Of a stretch of 64,000 nt of DNA, positions 41,454-50,797 are shown piece by piece. This stretch comes from Candidatus Krumholzibacteriota bacterium (GTDB lineage: Bacteria; Krumholzibacteriota; Krumholzibacteriia; JAJRXK01): NCBI GenBank assembly GCA_963806035.1, contig CAWDWO010000024.1:1-64000 (forward strand), written 5' to 3'. The number at the start of each line of letters is the position of its first letter. Positions within the stretch are counted from its first letter, which is position 1. The translations under genes were made by a program, and so were the position numbers. Below the pieces are notes generated by a model. The model was given only the letters and a program-made list of their open reading frames with translations. It did not search any database and had not been told where the DNA came from.

Positions 41454-44116
41454 TTCGCTACGAGAGCTTTCTTCGGCGACCAGTTCAAGATGATCGAGAG
41501 CTGACGGCGGTCGGCGTTGGCCAACGGGGCCGAGGTATAGACGAAGGCAGAACCGTCCGGACTGATGTCGTATTCGCGGGAAGCGATGAGCTTGGGCGTA
41601 TTCTCCATGTTCAGAAGAATGTCGGCAGCCCCCAGAGAAAAGTGTGTCGCGTCGGATTGAACCGGGACCGACATGAGGAAGCTGTGACTGACGTAGTACA
41701 GCTCCTTGCCATCGGGGGACCAGAGCGGATAGGTGCCGCCGTTGTTGGAGACCTGCCATTTTCCGGTTGCTTGCATGGCCTGGACGTACACCTCGTTGTG
41801 GCCCGATTCATCGGAACAGTAGGCGACCCAGTGACCATTGGGAGAGATGACTCCCGCCCACTGGGTGGACGCGGCGGAAACGAGCACCCGTGGCTCCGCG
41901 TTCTGCCGGATGGGGATGATCTCGACATCCGAGTTGGCGGCGCCGAAGCGGCTGAAGAGCACTTGTTTGCCGTCGGGAGTCACTCCCGAAGGAGACAAGG
42001 GTGCGCTCGTGTGATAGATCACGGTCTGTTTGGCGCTGTCCAGAGGTTGGAGAGTGAGCTGGTTGCTGTCTGGAGTCGCGTTGTAAACGATGCCGCTGCC
42101 GTCGGGCAGCCAAGACGCGCCCCCGATGCGGTTCTCGAAGGTCATGCGACGCAGGGTTTCCCGCTCGAAATCGAAGAGCCAGACGTCGCCCATTCCGCTA
42201 CCGATGCCGACTCGCACCAAGAGGCTCTTGCCGTCGGGGGAGAAGCGGGGATTCCCGTAGACGTTGGGTGGCAAATCGAGTGGATGGATGTTTTGGTTGC
42301 GGTCGGCCCAGATGATCTGTGTGGGATCGAGGCCAGAGCCACCCCGGACGTAGGCCAGGGTTCCATCGTCGGCGACGTCGAAGTGCACGGAGCCGCTCGA
42401 TCGTTCTCCAGCCACTCCTTCGAGCACCGGCACCGCGTTTCCCGAGACATGGGGTGGATTCATCGTGACCCTGACTTGCTGTAATACTCCGCCCCGTGCG
42501 TAGAGAAGGGTGTGCGGTGGAAGAAAACGAGCCATCGACGCGTGCTCGATCAGGGTGATGCGCTTCCCGGACTTCATCGAGATCGCGTCGATGTGGGCGT
42601 CTTCGTAATCGCCGGGCGAGTTCATGTCGCCCACGGTGAACATGATCCAATCGTCACTGAGTTGTGCAGGCCAACGGTGCGTTCTCTCGTTGCTTGCCGT
42701 GTCGATCTCGGTCAAGGGCTCTGGGGTACCGCCCGCAGCGTCGATTTTCACGAGTGGGGTGGCAAAGCCGGGGGAGAAAACGATGGTGTCGTCGGGGAGC
42801 CAAGTGCCTCCGCGGTTCACCTGGACTGGGCATAGATCGACGGGTCCTCCTCCGCGGGTCGAGACTTTGCGCAGATATCCATTGGAGAAGAAGCCCAGCC
42901 AATCGCCGTCCGGAGAAAAGAAGGGGTTGTTGGCACCGTCGGTGTCGGAGATTCCGCGCGCCTCGGTTTCATTCAGGCGGCGGAGATAAAGTTTGGTTGC
43001 TTCTTCTTCACGGCCCACGTAGGCGACGGTCTTGCCGTCCCGCGAGATTGCCATGTACATCTGCTCGGGGCCGCCGTCCAGGGTCATGCCGTAGGGGAGG
43101 GGAACACTCAACTGGAGGATCTGTGAATCAGCGGGGCTGCGATTCGTTCTCCAGGGACCGAAGACCGCGAGCAGTGAGATGACCGCGGCTGCGACCCAGG
43201 GTAGGGCGCGGCGCCAAAGTGGGGAGGAGACGCGCTGGGCGGTTTCCCCCTCTCCGCTTGCGCTCTCGTCGAGGCACTCCTCGAGCTCGATCCGCAGGTC
43301 GGACGCGGCGTGCCAGCGTCGGTCGGGATCGCGTTGCAGGCAGCGACGAAGGACTCGCCGCAATGCGGGAGGGGTATTGGCTGGGAGTTGGCTTTGGTCC
43401 AGCTGACTCTTGAGAACGTTGGCCACCGTGTCACTGACGGTGTCGGCCGCGAAGAGGCGGGAACCTGTCAGCAGCTCGTGCAGGATGACGCCGAAGGCCC
43501 AGATGTCGCTGCGTTGATCGACTCTCTTTCCCCGGGCCTGTTCGGGACTCATGTAGGCTGCGGTGCCGAGGATGGTACCCGCTTGGGTCATCGCGGCGGT
43601 GATGGTGGGAGAGTTGGCGATGTCGCCTTCGGATTCGTCGTCCCCGCTGAAGGCACGCGCGAGACCGAAGTCGAGGATTTTGACACGGCCTTCGGCGGTG
43701 AGCATGACGTTCGCGGGCTTGAGGTCGCGGTGAACGATTCCCGCCCGGTGCGCGCTCTCCAGCGCGGCCGCGATCTGGCGTCCGATGGTGACGGCCTCGG
43801 GAATCGGAAGGGGGCCGCGTTCGATGAGCTGCGCGAGTTCCTCTCCCTCGACGAGCTCCATCACCAGGAAGCTCTGGCCCTTGTCCTCTTCGAATCCGTG
43901 GAGATGGGCGATGTTGGGATGGTTGAGGGAGGCCAGCACGCGGGCCTCGCGCCGGAATCGCGCGATGCGCTCGGGATCGTTGGCCAGGTCGAGGGGCAGG
44001 AGCTTGAGGGCGACGTCACGATCCAGATTCTGGTCGTGGGCACGCCATACCTCTCCCATGCCACCCTGGCCGAGCTTTTCGAGGATCTGATAGTGGCCGA
44101 GGCTTTTTTCGGGCAA
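41450..44116 (-). CDS. Hanks-type Ser/Thr protein kinase with TM helix and TolB/PD40-like beta-propeller
   Basis: LGQGGMGEV, VALK, HRDLKPAN, DFGLA and YMSPEQ motifs; repeated FSPDG; TTG at 44116 after AGGA. Confidence 0.92.
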   Translation of the reverse strand: MPEKSLGHYQILEKLGQGGMGEVWRAHDQNLDRDVALKLLPLDLANDPERIARFRREARVLASLNHPNIAHLHGFEEDKGQSFLVMELVEGEELAQLIERGPLPIPEAVTIGRQIAAALESAHRAGIVHRDLKPANVMLTAEGRVKILDFGLARAFSGDDESEGDIANSPTITAAMTQAGTILGTAAYMSPEQARGKRVDQRSDIWAFGVILHELLTGSRLFAADTVSDTVANVLKSQLDQSQLPANTPPALRRVLRRCLQRDPDRRWHAASDLRIELEECLDESASGEGETAQRVSSPLWRRALPWVAAAVISLLAVFGPWRTNRSPADSQILQLSVPLPYGMTLDGGPEQMYMAISRDGKTVAYVGREEEATKLYLRRLNETEARGISDTDGANNPFFSPDGDWLGFFSNGYLRKVSTRGGGPVDLCPVQVNRGGTWLPDDTIVFSPGFATPLVKIDAAGGTPEPLTEIDTASNERTHRWPAQLSDDWIMFTVGDMNSPGDYEDAHIDAISMKSGKRITLIEHASMARFLPPHTLLYARGGVLQQVRVTMNPPHVSGNAVPVLEGVAGERSSGSVHFDVADDGTLAYVRGGSGLDPTQIIWADRNQNIHPLDLPPNVYGNPRFSPDGKSLLVRVGIGSGMGDVWLFDFERETLRRMTFENRIGGASWLPDGSGIVYNATPDSNQLTLQPLDSAKQTVIYHTSAPLSPSGVTPDGKQVLFSRFGAANSDVEIIPIRQNAEPRVLVSAASTQWAGVISPNGHWVAYCSDESGHNEVYVQAMQATGKWQVSNNGGTYPLWSPDGKELYYVSHSFLMSVPVQSDATHFSLGAADILLNMENTPKLIASREYDISPDGSAFVYTSAPLANADRRQLSIILNWSPKKALVAN

Positions 44117-44274
44117 GGGGTTGATTCCTGTCCTTGGGGGAGGCCGGATTGTATTCGATCGGGTGATCCGGGGCAAACTCTCTCGAATCACAGAGAAATT
44201 TGATGTCCGGATTTCCCCGCCCTCTGCGTTTGATGGGTTGTGACGCCGCGTGGGCCCATGGTCCGTGCTGGCAC

Positions 44275-44308
44275 GGCTCACGCCGGCACCAGGCTCACGC
44301 CGGCACCA
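44275..44308. repeat. Perfect 17-bp tandem duplication spanning the HNH gene stop codon
   Basis: GGCTCACGCCGGCACCA x2 (44275-44291, 44292-44308). Confidence 0.9.
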
Positions 44309-46386
44309 GGAGCGTGTCGTCGCGGTAGACCATGTGGGGGCGCCCGTACTCATCGAGGCCCATTTCCCAGGTGAGTCCCGTCCCATCGGTCTGAATTTCG
44401 CCGCGCACTCGCATCAGGCCCTGGTGCTCGCCGATCTGGTGGTGGAAGGCGCAGAGGGTGACGCGATTGGAATCGCGGTCGTCCCCACCCCGCGCGCGAT
44501 AGTGCAGATGATGGATTTGCAGGTTTCGGCGTTGGGTACACTCCGGTGCGGCGCAGCGCCAGCCATCGCGATCGAGGATACGGCGTTGCGCTGCCGGTAG
44601 CGCGACATGATGTTCCGCCCACACACAGCGTACTCGATGGAAGATGCGGCACAGCGCTAGCCAGGCCGGGATCTTCCGCGGGGCCGGGATTTCGGCCCGC
44701 GCCTGCACGGAATCCTGCTCAGATGCCAGTTGCACCAGCAGTTCGTCGCGAGTTTCTCGACTCACGCGGAAGCGCATGGTTCCGCGCGGAGCGTCGTTCC
44801 ATTCGAGCAACGCTTCGTGGAGGGTGTCATGGGGAGTCTGTCCCCCGGGATTGCTCACCAAGGTTTCCAGGGAGTGGTTCACGGTTCGGAGTTGGTCCGC
44901 TTGCGGAGGACGACAGCCTCCGAGAGACCAGTGCCGGTAGTCGGTGAGCAACTGTCGCCGGGCCCACGCGAGGGCCGAGCGCAGAGCACGCACGGTGTGG
45001 TGAATCGCAAAGCGAATCCAACTTCCCAAATCGGAAACCGGGACATGACAGCGACGGTGCAGGCGCGCCAGGAGATCGGCTTGCACGGTAGTGATCTCTC
45101 CCCGGGCGCGTGCCAGTGCGAGGGGATGGTTGCGGCGCCGCTCACGCGCGCGGCGCAGCCGGTCATTGCAGCTCGAGCGCGGCAGATGGAGGATCTCGGC
45201 GGCGAAACGCTCGAAATTGGGAAAACCGCTGCGCTCGTGGGTCCCGTCGAGCATCCACTCATAGAGCTGATCCTCCTGTTGCACGCGAAGCCGATCGCGG
45301 CGCGCCATGAGACGACGAAGCACGGCATGGATGCGGAAGGCATACCGCCGTTGAGCTTGCTCGCCCAGCGGGGGCAGCTTGGGGTGCGGTAGTGCGCGCC
45401 CGCAGGTCCCGTGGTCGAGCGAGGGGGTGGATGCGGCGCTCTGCTTGGTTTCGTTCCTGATTCCAAAGCGGCGTCGCGCCCGTGCAACATCGAGTCGCGG
45501 GGTGGCTTCACTGGCGGTTTCACTTGTGGCATCGATGGACGCTTCGCTGCCAGCTTCGGCGAGCAAAGCGGCGAGGGCCTCTTCATCGCCGTGGCTTCGT
45601 CCCACCATCGCTCGGGCCAGAACCATGGAGTCTTCCAAGTAAAGGACGGCCGGCACCGGCGCGGCGAAGGCGATATCGACGAACTCGCTCCCCCTCAACT
45701 CGCTCCCTCTCAACTCGCTTCCGACGGACTCGCCTCTCGGGGAATCGTTCCTCGTGGACTCGCCCGCGCAATCTCGATGTGATTCTTGCACTTCAGCAGA
45801 GCTTCGCGGTTTAGAATTCTCCTCCCCGGCAGTGGTTCGCAGTTCGGAGTTGGTCCCGAGGCGGTCTTGTTCGTTGGCGCTGTCCGCGACTGTGCGCGCT
45901 GTGCGCACCGTGCTCGAACTCGCCGTGGCGCGCGCGATCGTCGAGGGTACGCAGCGAGAGCTCACCCTTGCGAAAGGGCGCACGAAGTTTCGGTTGCGCG
46001 GCGAGCAGGCGTCCTACCCGTACCCATCTCAGAAAGCTGGAGTGGGGGACTCCCAAGAGGGCGCTCGCATAGTCGCGTTGCGATTGGGCGAGCCAGCGCG
46101 GACCGCGGAGCGCGACGAAATACGCACAGGCGAGACAGAGGCGCAGAAGCAGACGCGATTCAGCGGAGCGATAGGCCGCGAAGCTTTCGCGGTGCCGTCC
46201 CTGGGCACGCGCTGCCACGCGAGAATGCTCCGCGGACTCGGATCGCCGCTCAAGCTCAGCGAAAATAGAGCGCAATTCGATCTCACTCGCAGAGGGACCG
46301 CGAACGGCGCTGCTGCAATCGGTGGCCCGGCGGTCGCGTTCGACGACTCCGATGGAATCCCTATGTGTTTGGCGATGAAGCGACAC
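44295..46386 (-). CDS. Large HNH endonuclease with two DUF222-like helical repeats, probable frameshift at ~45940
   Basis: C-terminal RDGWRCAAPEC...HHL.YRARGG.D..SNRVTLCAFHH; upstream frame DYASALLGVP...GELSL resembles downstream FAAEILHLP...GEITT; start is inferred. Confidence 0.7.
45681..45765. repeat. Degenerate 15-bp tandem repeat in the HNH-protein linker
   Basis: AACTCGCT(C/T)CC.. units encoding GESTR-NDSPR-GESVG-SELRG-SELRG-SEF. Confidence 0.7.
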
Positions 46387-46489
46387 GCTGAGCTCCAGGG
46401 CTGGGAGGCGGTGGAGAGGGAGCGTGGAAAGAAGATAATACAAACAAATGCGTGTGTCAAGGAGCGCGCTGACAAAATCTTGAGCGACG

Positions 46490-46531
46490 GGCATCGCTGC
46501 GGATCGACGACCGGCATCGCTGCGGATCGAC
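46490..46531. repeat. 19-bp direct repeat (23-bp period) upstream of the HNH gene
   Basis: GGCATCGCTGCGGATCGAC at 46490 and 46513. Confidence 0.8.
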
Positions 46532-46550
46532 CGACTGCGCATCAGCGCAC

Positions 46551-46585
46551 AAAGAAAAGGCGCCGGTGATCCGGCGCCCTTTCTC
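46551..46585 (-). terminator. Rho-independent terminator (possibly bidirectional)
   Basis: GGCGCCGG-TGAT-CCGGCGCC stem; T-tract on the minus strand (AAAGAAAA on plus). Confidence 0.75.
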
Positions 46586-46695
46586 GAAGCGATTCATGGG
46601 CGGATGATTCTGCCTCGTGGGAAGCGGCATCGTCAGGAATGGATACCGCCAGTCCGGAGGCGAAAGCGTTCGCCGGCAGATCGCGACTCGGCAGC

Positions 46696-47406
46696 CTAGC
46701 GAAAGGCCGCCTTCATTGCGCTCCAACTTCTATTCTCGATGGGAACCGAGCAATCGATCTGCACCGTGATGGTGATGACCGACCCCCAAGTTCCGTACTG
46801 CTGACCTGCGGAGGCAGCCGCACAGCTTCCGTCGAGGAAAATCGGATAGTCGGCGGGAATGGTGATCCCGGGATCGAGACTGGTGGTCTCTCCGGCACCA
46901 TATCCATTGCCGATTCCGAAAACCAGGGCACAGCCATCGTCAAAGGTGCCGCTCGTATTTCCGTTCACCACGGATGCCACGGGCGTGCTCGTACCACTGA
47001 CCAGCGCGTACTGCACGGTGGTGATCAGAGTAGTCGAGCCTAGCGTTCCACTTCCGTCGCCCCAGGGCCATGCCCCGGGATAGAAGGTGAAAGTGCCACC
47101 GGTGAAGTGCGAGGTATACTGGATGGTACCTACGCCACCCACGCGGTTATCCTGAACCGTGAACGCGGCATTCTCGGTGGGGCAGCTGATTTCCCACTGC
47201 GTCCCCAGAGTGGTTCCGTCCCACGATTGGGCGTGCAGCACATGGGGCAGGCCGGAATTGATGCCCGAACGCCAGGTGGAAGCACGACCGGTATAGAGTG
47301 AACCACCGTTGAGGTCGGTGGAAGTGTAAGTCCCGGTCACCGGAGCGGCCGAGGCAAGCGATGGGAGCACGAGTAGGAGGATGGATAGACATAGCAAACG
47401 TTTCAT
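46696..47406 (-). CDS. Secreted protein with a C-terminal 'VPIENRSWSAMKAAFR' tail
   Basis: Signal MKRLLCLSILLLVLPSLASA; Thr/Gly-rich beta-type body; GAGGA RBS. Confidence 0.75.
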   Translation of the reverse strand: MKRLLCLSILLLVLPSLASAAPVTGTYTSTDLNGGSLYTGRASTWRSGINSGLPHVLHAQSWDGTTLGTQWEISCPTENAAFTVQDNRVGGVGTIQYTSHFTGGTFTFYPGAWPWGDGSGTLGSTTLITTVQYALVSGTSTPVASVVNGNTSGTFDDGCALVFGIGNGYGAGETTSLDPGITIPADYPIFLDGSCAAASAGQQYGTWGSVITITVQIDCSVPIENRSWSAMKAAFR

Positions 47407-47534
47407 CAATAATCCTCTCTCTGCAGGAAGATTCCTGCTACGTGCGAGACAAACGAACCCCTCATCCACCACCCAACATCGCGGCCAGTGTACCATCGTT
47501 GCCGGACGAACGCACGTTTGTTGTGACTGGATTG

Positions 47535-48395
47535 CTAAACGAAGACCTTGAGGATGGTGAAGGCTCCCATGAGCACCGTCAGGGCCGCGATAAGCTCCTT
47601 CAATCGCCGCTCTCGCACCTGCTTCACGATTTCCACCGAGAAGGGCACCGACAGGAGGGCGCCGGCGAGCACGGGCACCAGCAAGTCCAACTGAATACTC
47701 CGCGAGCGGACTAGGAAGAGGATCACGCCGATGAGGCAGGTGAATGCCTCGGCGAAGGAAGTGATGGCAACCGAGGCCTTCCCCCTGATGCCGCCGAGGA
47801 TCTGACCGCTCGTCATGATCGGTCCGTATCCTCCGCCGCTCAGCGCCTTGTTGAACGAAGCGACGGTCGCCAGCAGAAACATCTTCCACCGGGTGAACTT
47901 GAAAGTGTGCTCGAGTTGAATCCAGATGAACACTCCGGCAAGAAGGATGATGCAGCCGATGACGAGCTTGAGAAGTTTGGTGGGGATCTCGAGCGCGAGG
48001 TTGACTCCCACGGCGACGCCGATGACGCTGCCCAAGGCCAGCATGAGTCCCACTCTCAAGTCCTTCGACCCACGGCGGAAATCGACGTTTCCGGAATCGT
48101 GATGAAAGTACGAGGCGGCGAAACCGCTCAGGAACTCCGACACCAAGATGGTGGGGACCAAATCCAGTGGATGGAAACCGAAGGCGAGGAGCACTGGAGT
48201 GAGCGTGGTGCCGTAGCCCATCCCCAGGGAGCTGTCCATGAGTTCGCAGCTAAAGCAGAGTACGACGAGGCCGAGAATTCCCCAGCTGAAGCTCTGATGT
48301 CGAATGGACATCGCGGCCAAAAAGAGGACCAGGATGAGCAACCACCACACGCGCTTCTTCCACTGCGACCCGGGGGGAAGCGAGGGGAACGCCAT
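47535..48395 (-). CDS. Sulfite exporter TauE/SafE-family membrane protein
   Basis: DSSLGMGYGTTLTPVL and NKALSGGGYGP internal repeats; many TM segments. Confidence 0.85.
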   Translation of the reverse strand: MAFPSLPPGSQWKKRVWWLLILVLFLAAMSIRHQSFSWGILGLVVLCFSCELMDSSLGMGYGTTLTPVLLAFGFHPLDLVPTILVSEFLSGFAASYFHHDSGNVDFRRGSKDLRVGLMLALGSVIGVAVGVNLALEIPTKLLKLVIGCIILLAGVFIWIQLEHTFKFTRWKMFLLATVASFNKALSGGGYGPIMTSGQILGGIRGKASVAITSFAEAFTCLIGVILFLVRSRSIQLDLLVPVLAGALLSVPFSVEIVKQVRERRLKELIAALTVLMGAFTILKVFV

Positions 48396-48538
48396 GGCCG
48401 ACCTCCACGCGCGAGATGTCACAACGATAGCAATCTGGGGGCGCAAGGTGCATGGTTTTCTCGGCGCGAGCGGGAAAGTCCTCGCCGCGGGTTAGACGAC
48501 AAGGAGCCCGACAGCAACGGGCAGAAGGGGAGCGAGTC

Positions 48539-48811
48539 ATGGAATTTCCCATCGACGGAACCCTCGACCTTCACATCTTTCAACCGGCTGAAGTGAAGAC
48601 ACTCGTTCCGGACTATCTGCAGGAATGCCGCGCACGAGGCATTCTCGAGGTTCGGATCATCCACGGGAAGGGAACGGGCGCCCTGCGCGAAACGGTCCAC
48701 GCCATACTGAAACGGCTACCCTATGTAGTCGGCTACCGTTTGGGTGGAAGCGGCGCAGGCGAGTGGGGGGCAACCCTGGTCAGGCTCTCGCCCCGTGACA
48801 CGGCACAGTAA
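48539..48811 (+). CDS. Stand-alone Smr/MutS2-domain protein
   Basis: IDGTLDLH, RIIHGKGTGALR and GEWGATLV motifs. Confidence 0.9.
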   Translation: MEFPIDGTLDLHIFQPAEVKTLVPDYLQECRARGILEVRIIHGKGTGALRETVHAILKRLPYVVGYRLGGSGAGEWGATLVRLSPRDTAQ

Positions 48812-48866
48812 CGTCGACGACAAAGACGACCGTTCGTTCCGAACCCCCGAGTTTTTTCGAATGGTG

Positions 48867-48951
48867 ACAAGTTCGACTCCCCGACAACTCCGACTTCCCC
48901 ACAAGTTCGACTTCCCTACAAGTCCGAATCCCCGACGAGCCCCAATTTCCT
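48867..48951. repeat. Intergenic 17-bp tandem repeat, 4-5 degenerate copies
   Basis: ACAAGTTCGACTCCCCG / ACAACTCCGACTTCCCC / ACAAGTTCGACTTCCCT / ACAAGTCCGAATCCCCG / ACGAGCCCCAATTTCCT. Confidence 0.85.
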
Positions 48952-49072
48952 TTGCCAACCCATTGCAAATACAAGGAGGAAATTCCAACACGAGGACTAT
49001 ATTTTGCATTGATCAGGCAGACGATCGAGTTCCACTCGGTCGGACCGCACTCGCAAAAGTTGAGCGTCTGTC

Positions 49073-50797
49073 ATGCGTACAGTGCTCTCTCGGCTGGCTC
49101 TCCGATTGGTCTTGGCGCTGACCGTCCTGGTCGCGATCAGCCGCGGCATTTTCGGTTACCTCGAAATCAAAAACCGCGAGCGGATCGTGATCGGCGAGAA
49201 GATCACGGCCGCGGACGAACTTTCGCGTTCCATCACCGCCGCCACCTGGCACGCCATGCTCGCGGACAATCGCTCGAGCGCCTACGAGATCATGGCCACG
49301 ATTGCCCAAGAGCATGGGGTGGAGAACATCCACCTCTTCAACAAAGAAGGACTGATCGCCTACTCGACGGCGAATGACGCGGCCACACGAGTCGATGTGT
49401 CGCATGGCATCTGCGAGACCTGCCATGGCCAGGGACAAACTCTGATCCATCCGGACCTGAAGAGCCGCACCAGGATCGTGCGCGACCCGAAGCGCGGACG
49501 TTCGCTCGAAATGGTCACTCCAATCCTGAACGAGAAGGCCTGCAGCGACGCGAGCTGCCATTCCCACGACGCCAAGCAAAGCGTCCTCGGTGTGCTCGAC
49601 GTACGCTTGAGCCTGGCGAATGTGGACCACGATCTCGCAGCCATGAACAAGCGGGCGCGAGAGATCACCGTGCTCGAGATTCTGCTAATCAGCATCTTCA
49701 TCCTCTACTTCACGCGCCGCTTCGTGGGACTCCCCGTGCGCCGTTTGAACGCCGGTACGCGCGAAATCGCGGCCCTGAAACTCGAGCGGGATATCCCTGT
49801 GGGATTTCCCGACGAGCTGGGCGACCTCGCGAAATCCTTCAACACCATGCGGGTGCATCTCAAGGACACGCTGGAGGAATTGCAGGCGCTCACCCAGAGC
49901 CTCGAGAGCCAGGTGGTGGAGCGAACGCAGGAACTGCGCGCCACGCAGGAGAAGTTGATACGCAGCGACCGTCTGGCCTCCCTGGGACAACTGGCGGCGA
50001 GTGTAGCTCACGAGATCAACAACCCGGTGTCCGGCGTGCTCAATTTCAGCATGGTGCTGCAGCGGATGATCGAGAGCGGCGAGATCCCGCCGGGGGAGAT
50101 CGAAAACTTCCGCCGCTACCTGCGCCTGATCAGCGAGGAGACGATGCGGGTGGGGAGGATCGTCTCCGATCTCTTGGCCTTCTCGCGCACGCCATCTCCG
50201 CAGGGCGCGTTGATGGATCTGAACGAGCTGGTGGGGCACGTGCTCACTCTTCTGAGCCACCGTTTGGAACTCGAACAGGTCGCGGTGATCACGGAACTCG
50301 CTCCAACGCTTCCCCAGCTGAGCGGCGACTCGTCGCAGATTCAACAGGTGCTGATCAACTTGCTCATGAATGCCGCCGAGGCCTGCTCCGGGGGAGGCGA
50401 GATTCATGTTCGGACGCGTCTGAGCGAGGATGGAAACAATGCGATTCTCGAATTGGAGGACAACGGGCAGGGGATCGCTCCGGAAAACCTCAGCCGAATC
50501 TTCGATCCGTTCTTCAGCACCAAGGAGGAGGGCAAGGGAGTTGGGTTGGGGCTCTCGGTGGTGTACGGGATCGTGGAGGCTCATGGCGGCACTATCGACG
50601 TCCACAGCAAGGCCGGAGAGGGGACCACCTTCCGGGTGATCCTGCCCATCCATCACGAGAGTCTGCAGACGCCGCGCGCTGCTGCGCCGGCGACGGCTCC
50701 AGCCGGCACGACGGGCTGCGGCGCGGCGCCCCGGCAACGAGGCTCCGCACTCCGTCCCTCGCGCCGGATGCTGAAGAGAAATGGAGGAGAGAGGTGA
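49073..50797 (+). CDS. Membrane sensor histidine kinase (HAMP, HisKA, HATPase) with heme-c-type motifs in the periplasmic domain
   Basis: Two TMs; CETCH and CSDASCH; AHEINNP H-box; NLLMNA, DNGQGI and PFFSTK..GKGVGLGL motifs. Confidence 0.92.
   Translation: MRTVLSRLALRLVLALTVLVAISRGIFGYLEIKNRERIVIGEKITAADELSRSITAATWHAMLADNRSSAYEIMATIAQEHGVENIHLFNKEGLIAYSTANDAATRVDVSHGICETCHGQGQTLIHPDLKSRTRIVRDPKRGRSLEMVTPILNEKACSDASCHSHDAKQSVLGVLDVRLSLANVDHDLAAMNKRAREITVLEILLISIFILYFTRRFVGLPVRRLNAGTREIAALKLERDIPVGFPDELGDLAKSFNTMRVHLKDTLEELQALTQSLESQVVERTQELRATQEKLIRSDRLASLGQLAASVAHEINNPVSGVLNFSMVLQRMIESGEIPPGEIENFRRYLRLISEETMRVGRIVSDLLAFSRTPSPQGALMDLNELVGHVLTLLSHRLELEQVAVITELAPTLPQLSGDSSQIQQVLINLLMNAAEACSGGGEIHVRTRLSEDGNNAILELEDNGQGIAPENLSRIFDPFFSTKEEGKGVGLGLSVVYGIVEAHGGTIDVHSKAGEGTTFRVILPIHHESLQTPRAAAPATAPAGTTGCGAAPRQRGSALRPSRRMLKRNGGER

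Noticed and set aside
46590..46690. Structured ncRNA or riboswitch
   Set aside because: Small GC hairpins are present but match no family I recognise and are expected by chance at this GC content; an Infernal/Rfam scan would decide
48867..48951. CRISPR array
   Set aside because: Repeats are contiguous, 17 bp and degenerate, with no unique spacers and no cas genes nearby
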